A stretch of 64,000 nucleotides of DNA from Thermodesulfovibrionia bacterium (lineage in GTDB: Bacteria; Nitrospirota; Thermodesulfovibrionia; UBA6902; BMS3Bbin08): positions 59,577 to 123,576 of the forward strand of contig JAUXYI010000079.1 of assembly GCA_030694425.1 (NCBI GenBank). The letters are read 5' to 3'. A program made the position numbers and the translations under genes. Position 1 is the first letter of the stretch. Each line of letters starts with the position of its first letter. The notes beneath the pieces were generated by a model. It did not search any database. It had not been told where the DNA came from and worked only from the letters and a program-made list of their open reading frames with translations. This document shows, in pieces, positions 41,267 through 50,657 of this stretch.

Positions 41267-43558
41267 TCAGGCTGTGACTGCTGCCTGTTCACTGCTAACA
41301 GGCTGTAATTCTTCCTTATAACCGCAGTCTTTTTTAATGCATGCAAGGACTTCTTCTTTTTTTGTTCTTTTTTCAACCAAAATGCTTACCCCGCACTTTG
41401 GACAACTTTTAGCAATAGGCTTGTACCATGTTGCAAATTTACATTTGGGATAATTGCCGCAGCTAAAAAATACTTTACCCCTTTTAGTCCTTTTCTCAAC
41501 TATCTCTCCGCCGTCCTCAGGACATTTAATTCCCATCCCTATTGGTTTTGTTGTCTTGCATTCTGGATATTTACTGCATGCCAGAAACTTCCCGAATCTG
41601 CCTGATTTCAACACCATTGGAGAACCGCATTTTGGACACTTCTCATCTGTCTGTTGTATTTCTGTTTCTGACTGCTGACCGCCGGCTCCTGATTCCTGAC
41701 TCGCAAGAGGTTTTGCATTTTTACATTCAGGATACCCTGAGCACGCCATAAACCTTCCATGCCTGCCCCATTTGATAACCATAGGCTTGCCGCATTTTTC
41801 ACATTTCTCATCAGTAGGAATATCCTCAGGCTTCACCTTGCCGAGGAGTTTCGTTGCCTCTTTGAGGTCTTTATCAAAGGGCGTATAGAAATCCTTTACA
41901 ACCTTAGCCCATTTGGATAAGCCTTCTTCTATCTTATCAAGATTGTCTTCCATCTTTGCAGTAAAACCAATATCCATCAATTCGGGAAATCTTTCAACGA
42001 GCAAATCATTAACTACTACACCAAGCTCTGTTGGTTTAAACTTGCCTTCAATCTTCTCTGTATATTCTCTCTGCTGTATTGTTGAAAGGATTGAGGCATA
42101 AGTGCTCGGCCTTCCGATGCCTTTAGTCTCCAGTTCTTTAACAAGGGTTGCCTCCGTGTATCTTGGCGGCGGCTGGGTAAAATGCTGTTTTGGCGTTATG
42201 GTGATTATCTTTAACACATCTCCTTCGTTTAGAATAGGGAGAGTTTCATCCTCTTCCGCAGCAGCATCAGCGCTTTCTATATATAACGACATGAAGCCCG
42301 GAAATTTAACAACCGTGCCTGTTGCCCTGAACATATATTTCTCTGCCTCCCCAATGTCTCGGGACTTAGCAGCTATATCAATTGAGGTCTGTTCAAGAAG
42401 AGCAGGGCTCATCTGGCTTGCAATGAAGCGGTTCCAGGCAAGGCTGTAAAGCTGGTATTGGTCCTTTGTAAGATAATTTTTAATGCTCTGCGGAGTTCTA
42501 ATGACCGATGTCGGTCTTATTGCCTCATGTGCTTCCTGCGCTGATTTTTTGCTCTTATAAACAGGCGGTTTTTGCGGCGCATAGTCGTTTCCGAATTGTT
42601 TAATGATAAAATCTTTTGCTTCTTGCTGTGCTTCAGACGCAACCCTGACTGAGTCGGTCCTCATGTATGTTATGAGACCGACAGAGCCCTCGTCGCCGAC
42701 CTCAAGACCTTCATAAAGATTTTGTGCAATGAGCATTGTTTTTTTGGCATTAAACCGTAATTTTCTTGAAGCCTCCTGCTGAAGAGTGCTTGTAATAAAA
42801 GGCGGGGCTGGAGAACGTTTTTTCTTACTTATCTCAATCTTTTTTACAAGAAAGGTGTTTCCTTCTAAATTTTTTACAATGCCAGCGGCTTCTGATTCCT
42901 TCCTAATATCTGCCTTCTGGCCGTTTATCTGTGAAAGTTTTGCATTAAAAGGAGGCGGTTCTTTACCCTCAAGGGCTGCTGTTATACTCCAGTATTCCTC
43001 GGATTTGAACGCCCCGATTTCCCGCTCTCTGTCTACAACAAGCCTGAGCGCAACAGATTGAACCCTGCCTGCGCTAAGACCGCGCTGCACCTTCTTCCAC
43101 AATAGCGGCGACAATTTATACCCCACAAGCCTGTCCAGAACCCTTCTTGCCTGCTGGGCATCAACAAGGCTCTTATTTATTTTTCTTGGATGTTTGATGG
43201 CTTCTGTTACCGCCCTTTCAGTGATTTCATTAAACTCAACTCTTAGAATCTTATCTGAATCACCGCTTAATTCCTCTGCAATGTGCCATGCAATAGCTTC
43301 TCCCTCCCTGTCAGGGTCAGGACCGAGAAAAATCCTATCAACATCTTTTGCTGCCTTTTTTAGTTCTTTTAAAACCTTTTCTTTTCCTTCAATTGCAATA
43401 TATGTAGGCGTAAAATTATTCTCAACATCAACGCCAAGCTCTTTTCTGGGAAGGTCTTTTACATGCCCTATAGACGCCTTTATAGTAAAATCCTTTCCAA
43501 GAAATTTACTGAGTGTTTTTACCTTTGCCGGAGACTCAACAATTAAAAGTGATTTCAT
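41267..43558 (-). CDS. topA: DNA topoisomerase I
   Basis: IVESPAK, DPDREGE, ITYMRTD, C-terminal Zn fingers. Confidence 0.98.
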   Translation of the reverse strand: MKSLLIVESPAKVKTLSKFLGKDFTIKASIGHVKDLPRKELGVDVENNFTPTYIAIEGKEKVLKELKKAAKDVDRIFLGPDPDREGEAIAWHIAEELSGDSDKILRVEFNEITERAVTEAIKHPRKINKSLVDAQQARRVLDRLVGYKLSPLLWKKVQRGLSAGRVQSVALRLVVDREREIGAFKSEEYWSITAALEGKEPPPFNAKLSQINGQKADIRKESEAAGIVKNLEGNTFLVKKIEISKKKRSPAPPFITSTLQQEASRKLRFNAKKTMLIAQNLYEGLEVGDEGSVGLITYMRTDSVRVASEAQQEAKDFIIKQFGNDYAPQKPPVYKSKKSAQEAHEAIRPTSVIRTPQSIKNYLTKDQYQLYSLAWNRFIASQMSPALLEQTSIDIAAKSRDIGEAEKYMFRATGTVVKFPGFMSLYIESADAAAEEDETLPILNEGDVLKIITITPKQHFTQPPPRYTEATLVKELETKGIGRPSTYASILSTIQQREYTEKIEGKFKPTELGVVVNDLLVERFPELMDIGFTAKMEDNLDKIEEGLSKWAKVVKDFYTPFDKDLKEATKLLGKVKPEDIPTDEKCEKCGKPMVIKWGRHGRFMACSGYPECKNAKPLASQESGAGGQQSETEIQQTDEKCPKCGSPMVLKSGRFGKFLACSKYPECKTTKPIGMGIKCPEDGGEIVEKRTKRGKVFFSCGNYPKCKFATWYKPIAKSCPKCGVSILVEKRTKKEEVLACIKKDCGYKEELQPVSSEQAAVTA

Positions 43559-43570
43559 ATCTTTTATTCT

Positions 43571-44668
43571 TCAGTTAACAGAAAAACGTTTCCCGTCTGC
43601 CTGTGTCACTACCCCTTTCAGTTCAAGATTCAGCAATACTGACAATGCCCTGCTGCTGGACATCTTAGTTTCCCTGATAATTGCATCAATATGCTTTGGT
43701 TCATTGTCCAGGCAACCATAAAGCGCCTTTTCATCATCAGTCATCTCAGGCAGTGTTTTCTTAGAAACCAATTTCTGCTCTTTGAGAATGCCTTTTATCT
43801 GCGGCCTGAGTTCATCAATAATCTCCTCGGAGCTCTCAATGAGCTTTGCACCGTTTTTAATGAGATTATTTGTGCCTTTGGAGTTTCTTGATGTAATATT
43901 GCCAGGCACTGCAAAAATCTCTTTGCCCTGCTCAAGTGCATAATTTACTGTAATAAGCGAGCCGCTGTCAACTGCTGCCTCTATTACAACCACTCCGAGC
44001 GACAGAGCGCTGATGATTCTGTTCCTCCTGGGAAAATTCTCTTTATTCGGTTTAGTGCCAAGAGGAAATTCGCTTATAACTGCTCCTGAAGATGCGATTG
44101 CATTCATCAGCCCCTTGTTTTCAGGCGGATAAGGGACATCTATTCCGGAGCCAAGCACTGCTATTGTCCTGCCTTTAGTTTTTAATGCGCCTTTATGCGA
44201 AATTGCATCTATTCCCCTTGCCATACCGCTGACAATGGTTAATCCATAAGAAGATAATTTATGACTTATTTCATCTGCCGTCTTAATGCCATATGCAGTC
44301 GGGGTCCTTGAGCCAACAATTGCAATCGCATATTTGTCATCATCTTTTAAATCGCCTTTGACATAAAGAACCATCGGGGCATCGGGGATGCGTTTCAACC
44401 CTTCAGGATATGTCTTATCATCAAGAGCAATTACCCGTGCATTATTTTTTAAAGTATTTTCTGCCTCTGCCTGAACCTTATCCCAGCGCTTAAAATTGGC
44501 AACGCTCTTTGCCCTGTTTTCTCCGATATTTTCAACTCTTCTGAGTTCGTTTATTGAAGCCCGAAAGATATTTTCAGGGCTTCCAAAAATAGATATAAGT
44601 CTTCTTGCAATAAGCGGACCTATATCAGGCAAAAAATTCAGGGCAAGCCAGTATATCGGGTCAGACAT
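43571..44668 (-). CDS. dprA: DNA-processing protein DprA
   Basis: VGSR, SGMARGID, FPRRNRII. Confidence 0.96.
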   Translation of the reverse strand: MSDPIYWLALNFLPDIGPLIARRLISIFGSPENIFRASINELRRVENIGENRAKSVANFKRWDKVQAEAENTLKNNARVIALDDKTYPEGLKRIPDAPMVLYVKGDLKDDDKYAIAIVGSRTPTAYGIKTADEISHKLSSYGLTIVSGMARGIDAISHKGALKTKGRTIAVLGSGIDVPYPPENKGLMNAIASSGAVISEFPLGTKPNKENFPRRNRIISALSLGVVVIEAAVDSGSLITVNYALEQGKEIFAVPGNITSRNSKGTNNLIKNGAKLIESSEEIIDELRPQIKGILKEQKLVSKKTLPEMTDDEKALYGCLDNEPKHIDAIIRETKMSSSRALSVLLNLELKGVVTQADGKRFSVN

Positions 44669-44701
44669 AATTAAAAATGTAAATTATAGAGTTTCATCGA
44701 T

Positions 44702-44778
44702 TGTCATTGCGAGGGGCAAAGCCCCGAAGCAATCTAAATATCTATAAATGAGATTCCTCGCTTATGCTCGGAATGACA
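44702..44778. repeat. TGTCATTGCGAG...GAATGACA REP-like palindrome
   Basis: Same family as 9416-9486. Confidence 0.8.
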
Positions 44779-44797
44779 GCCTAAACATCTTAGTGCT

Positions 44798-45991
44798 TTA
44801 ATTTTTAATTTTTCTTATCTTCAGTCTCAATGCATTAAGTTTTATAAAACCTTCTGCATCCTTTTGGTTGTAAACTCTCTCAGCCTCAAATGTAGCAAGG
44901 TCAGGCTTATATAAGGACACTGGTGATTTTCTGCCAACCACCATACAGTTCCCTTTATAAAGCTTCAGTCTTACAATGCCTGTCACGCCATTCTGTGATT
45001 TATCTATAAATTCCTGCAGAACCTGCCTTTCAGGGGAAAACCAATAACCATAATATATAAATTCAGCATATTTTGGGATTAATGAATCTCTGAGATGCAT
45101 AACCTCTCTGTCAAGAGTAATTGATTCTATTGCTCTGTGGGCAATATGAAGAATTGTACCGCCGGGCGTCTCATAGACGCCTCTTGATTTTATTCCTACA
45201 AATCTGTTTTCCACTATATCTAATCTTCCGATTCCATTTTCCCCACCGATAGAATTAAGGCTTTTTAAAAGGGAGGTGGGAGAAAGTTTTTTCCTATTCA
45301 GAGATACCGGATTACCATCTTTATACCCTATTTCTAAATAAGCTGGTTTTGACGGAGCTTTTTCAGGTGATACCGTTAATGTGAACATATCTTCCGGCGG
45401 CTCTGCCCACGGGTCTTCTAAAATTCCGCCCTCATAACTTACATGAAACAGATTTTTGTCAGTGCTGTAAGGTTTTTGTTTTGTCACAGTTACGGGTATC
45501 CCGTGTTTTTTTGCATATCTGATTAATGACTCTCTTGAATCAAATGACCACTCCCTCCACGGCGCAATAACCTTTATGTCGGGTTTTAATGCATAATAAG
45601 TTAACTCAAACCTCACCTGATCATTGCCCTTGCCGGTAGCGCCATGCGCAACTGCATCTGCATTTTCTTTTTCTGCTATTTCAATCTGCTTTTTGGCTAT
45701 AAGCGGTCGTGCTATTGAAGTGCCCATAAGATAAGCGCCTTCATAAACAGCATTAGCCCTGAGCATAGGGAATATATAATCTCTTACAAATTCTTCCCTT
45801 AAGTCAGTTACATAGACTTTTGAGGCGCCTGTCTTTACTGCTTTGTTTTTTATAGCCCTAATATCTTCATCCTGCCCGAGGTCTGCACAAAAGGCAATGA
45901 CCTCACAGTCATAAGTATCCTTCAGCCACTTTATTGCTACGGATGTATCAAGACCACCGGAATATGCAAGCACAACCTTCTTAATTCTCAT
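44798..45991 (-). CDS. argG: Argininosuccinate synthase
   Basis: [21 protein letters not shown]; AAGGAGG RBS supports a start at 45991. Confidence 0.97.
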   Translation of the reverse strand: MRIKKVVLAYSGGLDTSVAIKWLKDTYDCEVIAFCADLGQDEDIRAIKNKAVKTGASKVYVTDLREEFVRDYIFPMLRANAVYEGAYLMGTSIARPLIAKKQIEIAEKENADAVAHGATGKGNDQVRFELTYYALKPDIKVIAPWREWSFDSRESLIRYAKKHGIPVTVTKQKPYSTDKNLFHVSYEGGILEDPWAEPPEDMFTLTVSPEKAPSKPAYLEIGYKDGNPVSLNRKKLSPTSLLKSLNSIGGENGIGRLDIVENRFVGIKSRGVYETPGGTILHIAHRAIESITLDREVMHLRDSLIPKYAEFIYYGYWFSPERQVLQEFIDKSQNGVTGIVRLKLYKGNCMVVGRKSPVSLYKPDLATFEAERVYNQKDAEGFIKLNALRLKIRKIKN

Positions 45992-46087
45992 TTTTACCTC
46001 CTTCAAGTTTATAAAACATATCACAAAGTTTCTAAAAATGTAAAATGTGTATGCAATGGAATATACTTAAAACAGATAGAAAAGGAA

Positions 46088-46199
46088 CTGGATGCCCGAT
46101 TAAAAACTTCGGGCATGACAGTTATTTGGTCGTCATTCCCGCAGTCAGTTATTTGGTCGTCATTCCCGTCCCGATACTTCGGGATAAGCGGGAATCCAG
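46088..46199. repeat. CTGGA..ATGAC / GTCAT..TCCAG REP-like pair with an internal duplication and a mini-hairpin
   Basis: 23-bp direct repeat at 46119-46141 and 46146-46168; TCCCGA-TACT-TCGGGA at 46169-46184. Confidence 0.8.
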
Positions 46200-46364
46200 A
46201 AAGGTAAAATTATGTTGTTTCACGTAGGATTCAGGTTTATCTCTTACTCATAAAGGTTAAAAGTTGACTTATTCAACCATTATTTAATACCATAAATTAA
46301 GTTATAAAATAAGCCTGTAGCAAATTCCGGGAAATTATTAAAACGCATCTGCGGTTTGGTTCTT

Positions 46365-46949
46365 ATGAAAGAAAAAATCCTTAAAGCCTTTGAAGAAAGC
46401 GTATCCGTCAAACAAGACTTTATCAAAGAAAATATTGAAAGGGTTATTGAGGTGTCTAAACTCCTGTCCGACGCTTTTAATAACGGAAACAAACTTATCA
46501 TCTTCGGTAATGGAGGAAGCGCTGCAGATGCATCTCATATTGCAGCTGAGTTCGTTAACAGATTTAAGAAAGAACGCCCCGGTCTTCCTGCCATAGCCCT
46601 TAATACTGATACCGCTGTTCTGACATCCATTGCAAATGACTACGATTTTTCAGAGGTTTTTGCACGGCAGATTAAAGCCCTTGCACAGGAGGGTGATGTT
46701 GTGATTGCGATAAGTACAAGCGGAAATTCACCTAATATTCTAAAGGCTGTTGACACAGCCAAAAAGAAAAAATTGAAGATAATAGTGTTTACAGGCACAA
46801 AGGGTGATAAATTAGCAGCAAATGCTGACTATGCCTTTACCATTCCTTCCAGTAATACACCGCGAATACAGGAGACCTATATTACTCTTGGACATGTTCT
46901 CTGTCAGATGGTAGAGGAAATACTTTTTGAAGCTCCAAGAAAAAAATGA
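46365..46949 (+). CDS. gmhA: Phosphoheptose isomerase
   Basis: GNGGSAADA, IANDY, STSGNS, RIQE. Confidence 0.95.
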   Translation: MKEKILKAFEESVSVKQDFIKENIERVIEVSKLLSDAFNNGNKLIIFGNGGSAADASHIAAEFVNRFKKERPGLPAIALNTDTAVLTSIANDYDFSEVFARQIKALAQEGDVVIAISTSGNSPNILKAVDTAKKKKLKIIVFTGTKGDKLAANADYAFTIPSSNTPRIQETYITLGHVLCQMVEEILFEAPRKK

Positions 46950-47043
46950 GCGCGGCTCTCCGCAAGTCATAGAGCGGAATTGAAATAACATCTCTAAAAG
47001 CATTATTATAAAAATATGACTAAATCAATAAGGAAATTTTGAC

Positions 47044-48423
47044 ATGAAATTCTGCGCTGTTATTCTTGCGGCAGGCCGCGGTAAACGCATGAACTCTCTT
47101 AAGCCGAAGGTTCTCCACGAAGTTTTAGGCAGACCTATACTCCAATATACTCTTGATGCTATAAAAACCTTAAATCCGGCAAAAATTGTAATAGTTATTG
47201 GCAGCGGCGCTGAAGAGGTAAGAAAACGAATAAACGATGAAGCCATATCCTTTGTTATTCAGGAAAAACTCCTCGGCACCGGTAATGCGCTTGCAGAGGC
47301 AAAAAATGCGTTGATAGACATTGGAGATTCTACAATTGTTGCGCTTAACGGCGATTCTCCTCTTATAACTGCAGAAACATTAGAAGGGCTTTTAAAAAAA
47401 CATAAAAACGATAAAAATTATTTCTCTTTTCTTTCTTTCATTGATGATTATGTATCTGGTTACGGCAGGGTCTTGCGCAATAAAAATGGCAAGGTTATAA
47501 GTATTGTTGAGGATAAACATACGACATCAGAAAATAGGAGCATTAAGGAATTAAACGGCGGGGTCTATGCTATGGAACCCGAGATATTGAATTGTCTCAA
47601 CAGGTTAAAAAAGCACGGCTCTTCAGGTGAATATTATATTACTGATCTTGTTGACATTGCATCAAAACTGGGTAAAAGGGTAAATGCTTATAATTGTCCG
47701 TCCAGAGAAATTAGAGGAATAAATACAAGGGCGGAATTACATCAGGTTTCTGAGATTTTAAACAGCAAAATTATCTATGAATGGATGGAAAAGGGTGTTA
47801 CATTCATTTCTCCGGCAGCAACACTTGTACACCCTTCGGTATCTATAGGAAAAGACACTATTATCTATCCAAATACTTACCTTGAGGGCAATACCTCAAT
47901 AGGTGAAAACTGCATTATATATCCCGGGGCAAGGATATGTGACAGCGTTCTTGGCAACGGCGTCCTGGTTAAGGATTGCACAGTGATAGAAAACAGCAAA
48001 ATCGAGGATATGTCAACTATCGGCCCTTTCGCACATCTCAGGCCTCACAGCACGTTGGGCCGCAATGTAAAAATCGGAAATTTTGTTGAGCTTAAAAAAA
48101 CTGTTATAGGAGATAACACCAGGGCATCACACCTCAGTTATTTAGGAGACGCCATAGTTGGAGAAAATGTAAATATAGGCGCAGGAACTATTACCTGCAA
48201 TTATGATGGGCAAAAAAAACACATTACTAAGATTGATTCCGATGTTTTTGTGGGAAGCGATAGCCAGCTTGTTGCTCCTGTGACAATAGGTAAAGGAGCC
48301 TATGTTGCAGCAGGTGCAACTGTTACAAAAAATGTACCTCCAGGGGCGCTGGCAATAAGCAGGGTTAAACAGCGTAATATAGAAAACTGGGCAGCCAGAA
48401 AAAAATTGAAAAAGCAAAATTGA
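47044..48423 (+). CDS. glmU: Bifunctional UDP-GlcNAc pyrophosphorylase / glucosamine-1-P acetyltransferase
   Basis: LAAGRGKRM, EYYITD, hexapeptide repeats, HLSYLGD. Confidence 0.97.
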   Translation: MKFCAVILAAGRGKRMNSLKPKVLHEVLGRPILQYTLDAIKTLNPAKIVIVIGSGAEEVRKRINDEAISFVIQEKLLGTGNALAEAKNALIDIGDSTIVALNGDSPLITAETLEGLLKKHKNDKNYFSFLSFIDDYVSGYGRVLRNKNGKVISIVEDKHTTSENRSIKELNGGVYAMEPEILNCLNRLKKHGSSGEYYITDLVDIASKLGKRVNAYNCPSREIRGINTRAELHQVSEILNSKIIYEWMEKGVTFISPAATLVHPSVSIGKDTIIYPNTYLEGNTSIGENCIIYPGARICDSVLGNGVLVKDCTVIENSKIEDMSTIGPFAHLRPHSTLGRNVKIGNFVELKKTVIGDNTRASHLSYLGDAIVGENVNIGAGTITCNYDGQKKHITKIDSDVFVGSDSQLVAPVTIGKGAYVAAGATVTKNVPPGALAISRVKQRNIENWAARKKLKKQN

Positions 48424-48453
48424 AAATGCAAAAATAAAAATTACAATTCAAAA

Positions 48454-48606
48454 GAGCCTCGTGCAAAAGTATCGAGGAAATTGCTTTTGCTGTCATACCC
48501 GCGAAGGCGGGTATCCAGAAGTCTTTGGTTTTAAAGAATACTGGATTCCCGATAATCCCGAAACATCGGGACGGGAATGACGAATAAAGACTTTTGCAAG
48601 AGCCTC
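48454..48606. mobile_element. MITE-like element with IS5-like ends and REP cargo
   Basis: GAGCCTCGTGCAAAAGT...ACTTTTGCAAGAGCCTC inverted ends (2 mismatches), AAAA on both sides. Confidence 0.7.
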
Positions 48607-48681
48607 AAAATTTAAAATTATTTTTTACTCGATAATTTTGTCCCGACTATTCGGGATGATATTTAATTTTTGGATTTAATT

Positions 48682-50511
48682 ATGTGCGGAATTATTGGAT
48701 ACATAGGAAAACAAAATGCTATTCCAATACTTATTGAAGGTCTCAAAAGACTGGAATACAGAGGATATGATTCTGCGGGCATTGCGCTGTTTAATAAAGG
48801 AAAGATAGAGGTAAGACGCTGCGCCGGCAAGATAAGAGAGTTAGAGAATTCAATAAAGGGCGATGACCTTAAGAGTTTTGCGGGAATAGGCCATACGAGA
48901 TGGGCTACTCATGGAAGACCTTCTGAGGAAAATGCTCATCCGCACAAAGCCGGCAACGTTGTACTTGTGCATAACGGGATCATTGAAAATTACCTTGAAC
49001 TCAAAACAGAACTTAAGGAAAAAGGGCATGTTTTTACTTCTGAGACTGACACGGAAGTCATATGCCATCTTATAAGCAGCTACACTCAAAAAGGCCACAA
49101 CATAAAAGAAGCAACGCAGAAAGCCATTAAGCATCTAAAAGGGGCATATGCACTCGGAATTATATGCGAAGACGAGCCTGATAAAATTGTGGCAGTAAGA
49201 AAGGATAGTCCTCTTGTTGTAGGGCTTGGTGATAAAGAATTTTTTATTGCCTCTGATATCCCTGCATTTCTCAGCCACACAAAGGATGTAATAATCCTTG
49301 ACAACGGCGAAATGGCAGTGATTACGCATAATGGCGTTTCAATTTTTGATATTAGCGGCAAGCCATTAAAGAAAAAAATTACTAATATTGCATGGAACCC
49401 TGCACTGGCTGAAAAAGGCGGTTACAACCACTTTATGTTAAAAGAGATATATGAACAGCCAAGGGCGATTATGGATACAATCAGAGGAAGATTTTCTGTG
49501 GAGACAGGAGACGTAAATCTTGAGGAATTCTCAATGAAGGAAAGCGAGCTTAAAAAACTGAATAAAATATTTCTCATTGCATGCGGTACTTCATGGCATG
49601 CCGCGCTCGTCGGCAAATACATGATTGAAGATATAGCCAAGATACCCTCAGAGGTTGACATTGCATCTGAATTCAGATACAGAAACCCCATTATTCCAAA
49701 AGGCAGCCTTGCGATAGTCATTACTCAATCAGGAGAAACCGCAGATACACTGGCTGCCCAGAGGGAGGCGCAAAAATGCGGGGCCAAGGTTCTCAGTATC
49801 TGTAATGTGGTAGGCAGCACATCTTCAAGAGAGGCTGACAGCGTATTTTTTACACATTCAGGGCCTGAAATAGGAGTTGCATCTACTAAGGCATTCACAA
49901 CACAGCTCGTTGCCCTTTATCTGTTCTCAATAGCAGCGGCTAAGGCAAGAGGGGTTCTTGATGCAAAGGCAGCGAAGGAACTTCTTAACGATTTATTGTT
50001 ATTGCCCGAAAAAGTTGAAGAGGCGCTTAAACTCAACGACTCTATCTTGAAAATAGCCAAAGAGTTTTTCCAGGTAAAAGATTTCCTTTATATGGGCAGA
50101 GGGATAAACTATCCGATAGCTCTTGAGGGTGCGTTAAAATTAAAAGAGATATCTTACATTCATGCAGAGGGCTATCCCGCAGGCGAGATGAAACACGGTC
50201 CAATAGCGCTTATTGATGATGATATGCCTGTTCTTGTTCTGGCAGCCAGAGACAAGGTACATGAAAAAATACTTTCCAATATTGAGGAAGTAAAAAGCCG
50301 CGGCGGTAAAGTTATTGCCTTTGCAGTGGAAGGGGATAAGGGCATCTCATCACTTGTACCGCATACAATATTTGTTCCTAAAATAAATCAATATCTTACA
50401 ACGGTTCTTTTCAGTGTCCCGATACATCTTCTTGCTTACCACATAGCTGTTTTAAGAGGATGTGATATTGACCAGCCGCGAAATCTTGCAAAGAGCGTAA
50501 CAGTAGAATAA
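48682..50511 (+). CDS. glmS: Glutamine--fructose-6-phosphate aminotransferase
   Basis: MCGIIG N-terminus (start 48682), HTRWATHG, PRNLAKSVTVE. Confidence 0.98.
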   Translation: MCGIIGYIGKQNAIPILIEGLKRLEYRGYDSAGIALFNKGKIEVRRCAGKIRELENSIKGDDLKSFAGIGHTRWATHGRPSEENAHPHKAGNVVLVHNGIIENYLELKTELKEKGHVFTSETDTEVICHLISSYTQKGHNIKEATQKAIKHLKGAYALGIICEDEPDKIVAVRKDSPLVVGLGDKEFFIASDIPAFLSHTKDVIILDNGEMAVITHNGVSIFDISGKPLKKKITNIAWNPALAEKGGYNHFMLKEIYEQPRAIMDTIRGRFSVETGDVNLEEFSMKESELKKLNKIFLIACGTSWHAALVGKYMIEDIAKIPSEVDIASEFRYRNPIIPKGSLAIVITQSGETADTLAAQREAQKCGAKVLSICNVVGSTSSREADSVFFTHSGPEIGVASTKAFTTQLVALYLFSIAAAKARGVLDAKAAKELLNDLLLLPEKVEEALKLNDSILKIAKEFFQVKDFLYMGRGINYPIALEGALKLKEISYIHAEGYPAGEMKHGPIALIDDDMPVLVLAARDKVHEKILSNIEEVKSRGGKVIAFAVEGDKGISSLVPHTIFVPKINQYLTTVLFSVPIHLLAYHIAVLRGCDIDQPRNLAKSVTVE

Positions 50512-50657
50512 AAAAAACAATAATAGAATAAAAAAAAGAATATACTTTTTTCCGGAAGAATCTGTTAAAATAATTTCTACAAACAGTATAAACCTATGGG
50601 AGCAGGCTTCGTTGTGACGATAGAATTAATCTCCCGTCTTGTTTTTATATACGCTGA

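Noticed and set aside
46119-46168. Possible mini-CRISPR (23-bp direct repeat)
   Set aside because: Only two copies with a 4-bp gap, derived from a REP-like element; no cas genes or spacer-sized intervals in the window
48424-48681. glmS ribozyme upstream of glmS
   Set aside because: The structured sequence is fully explained by heptad repeats, the MITE-like element and mini-hairpins
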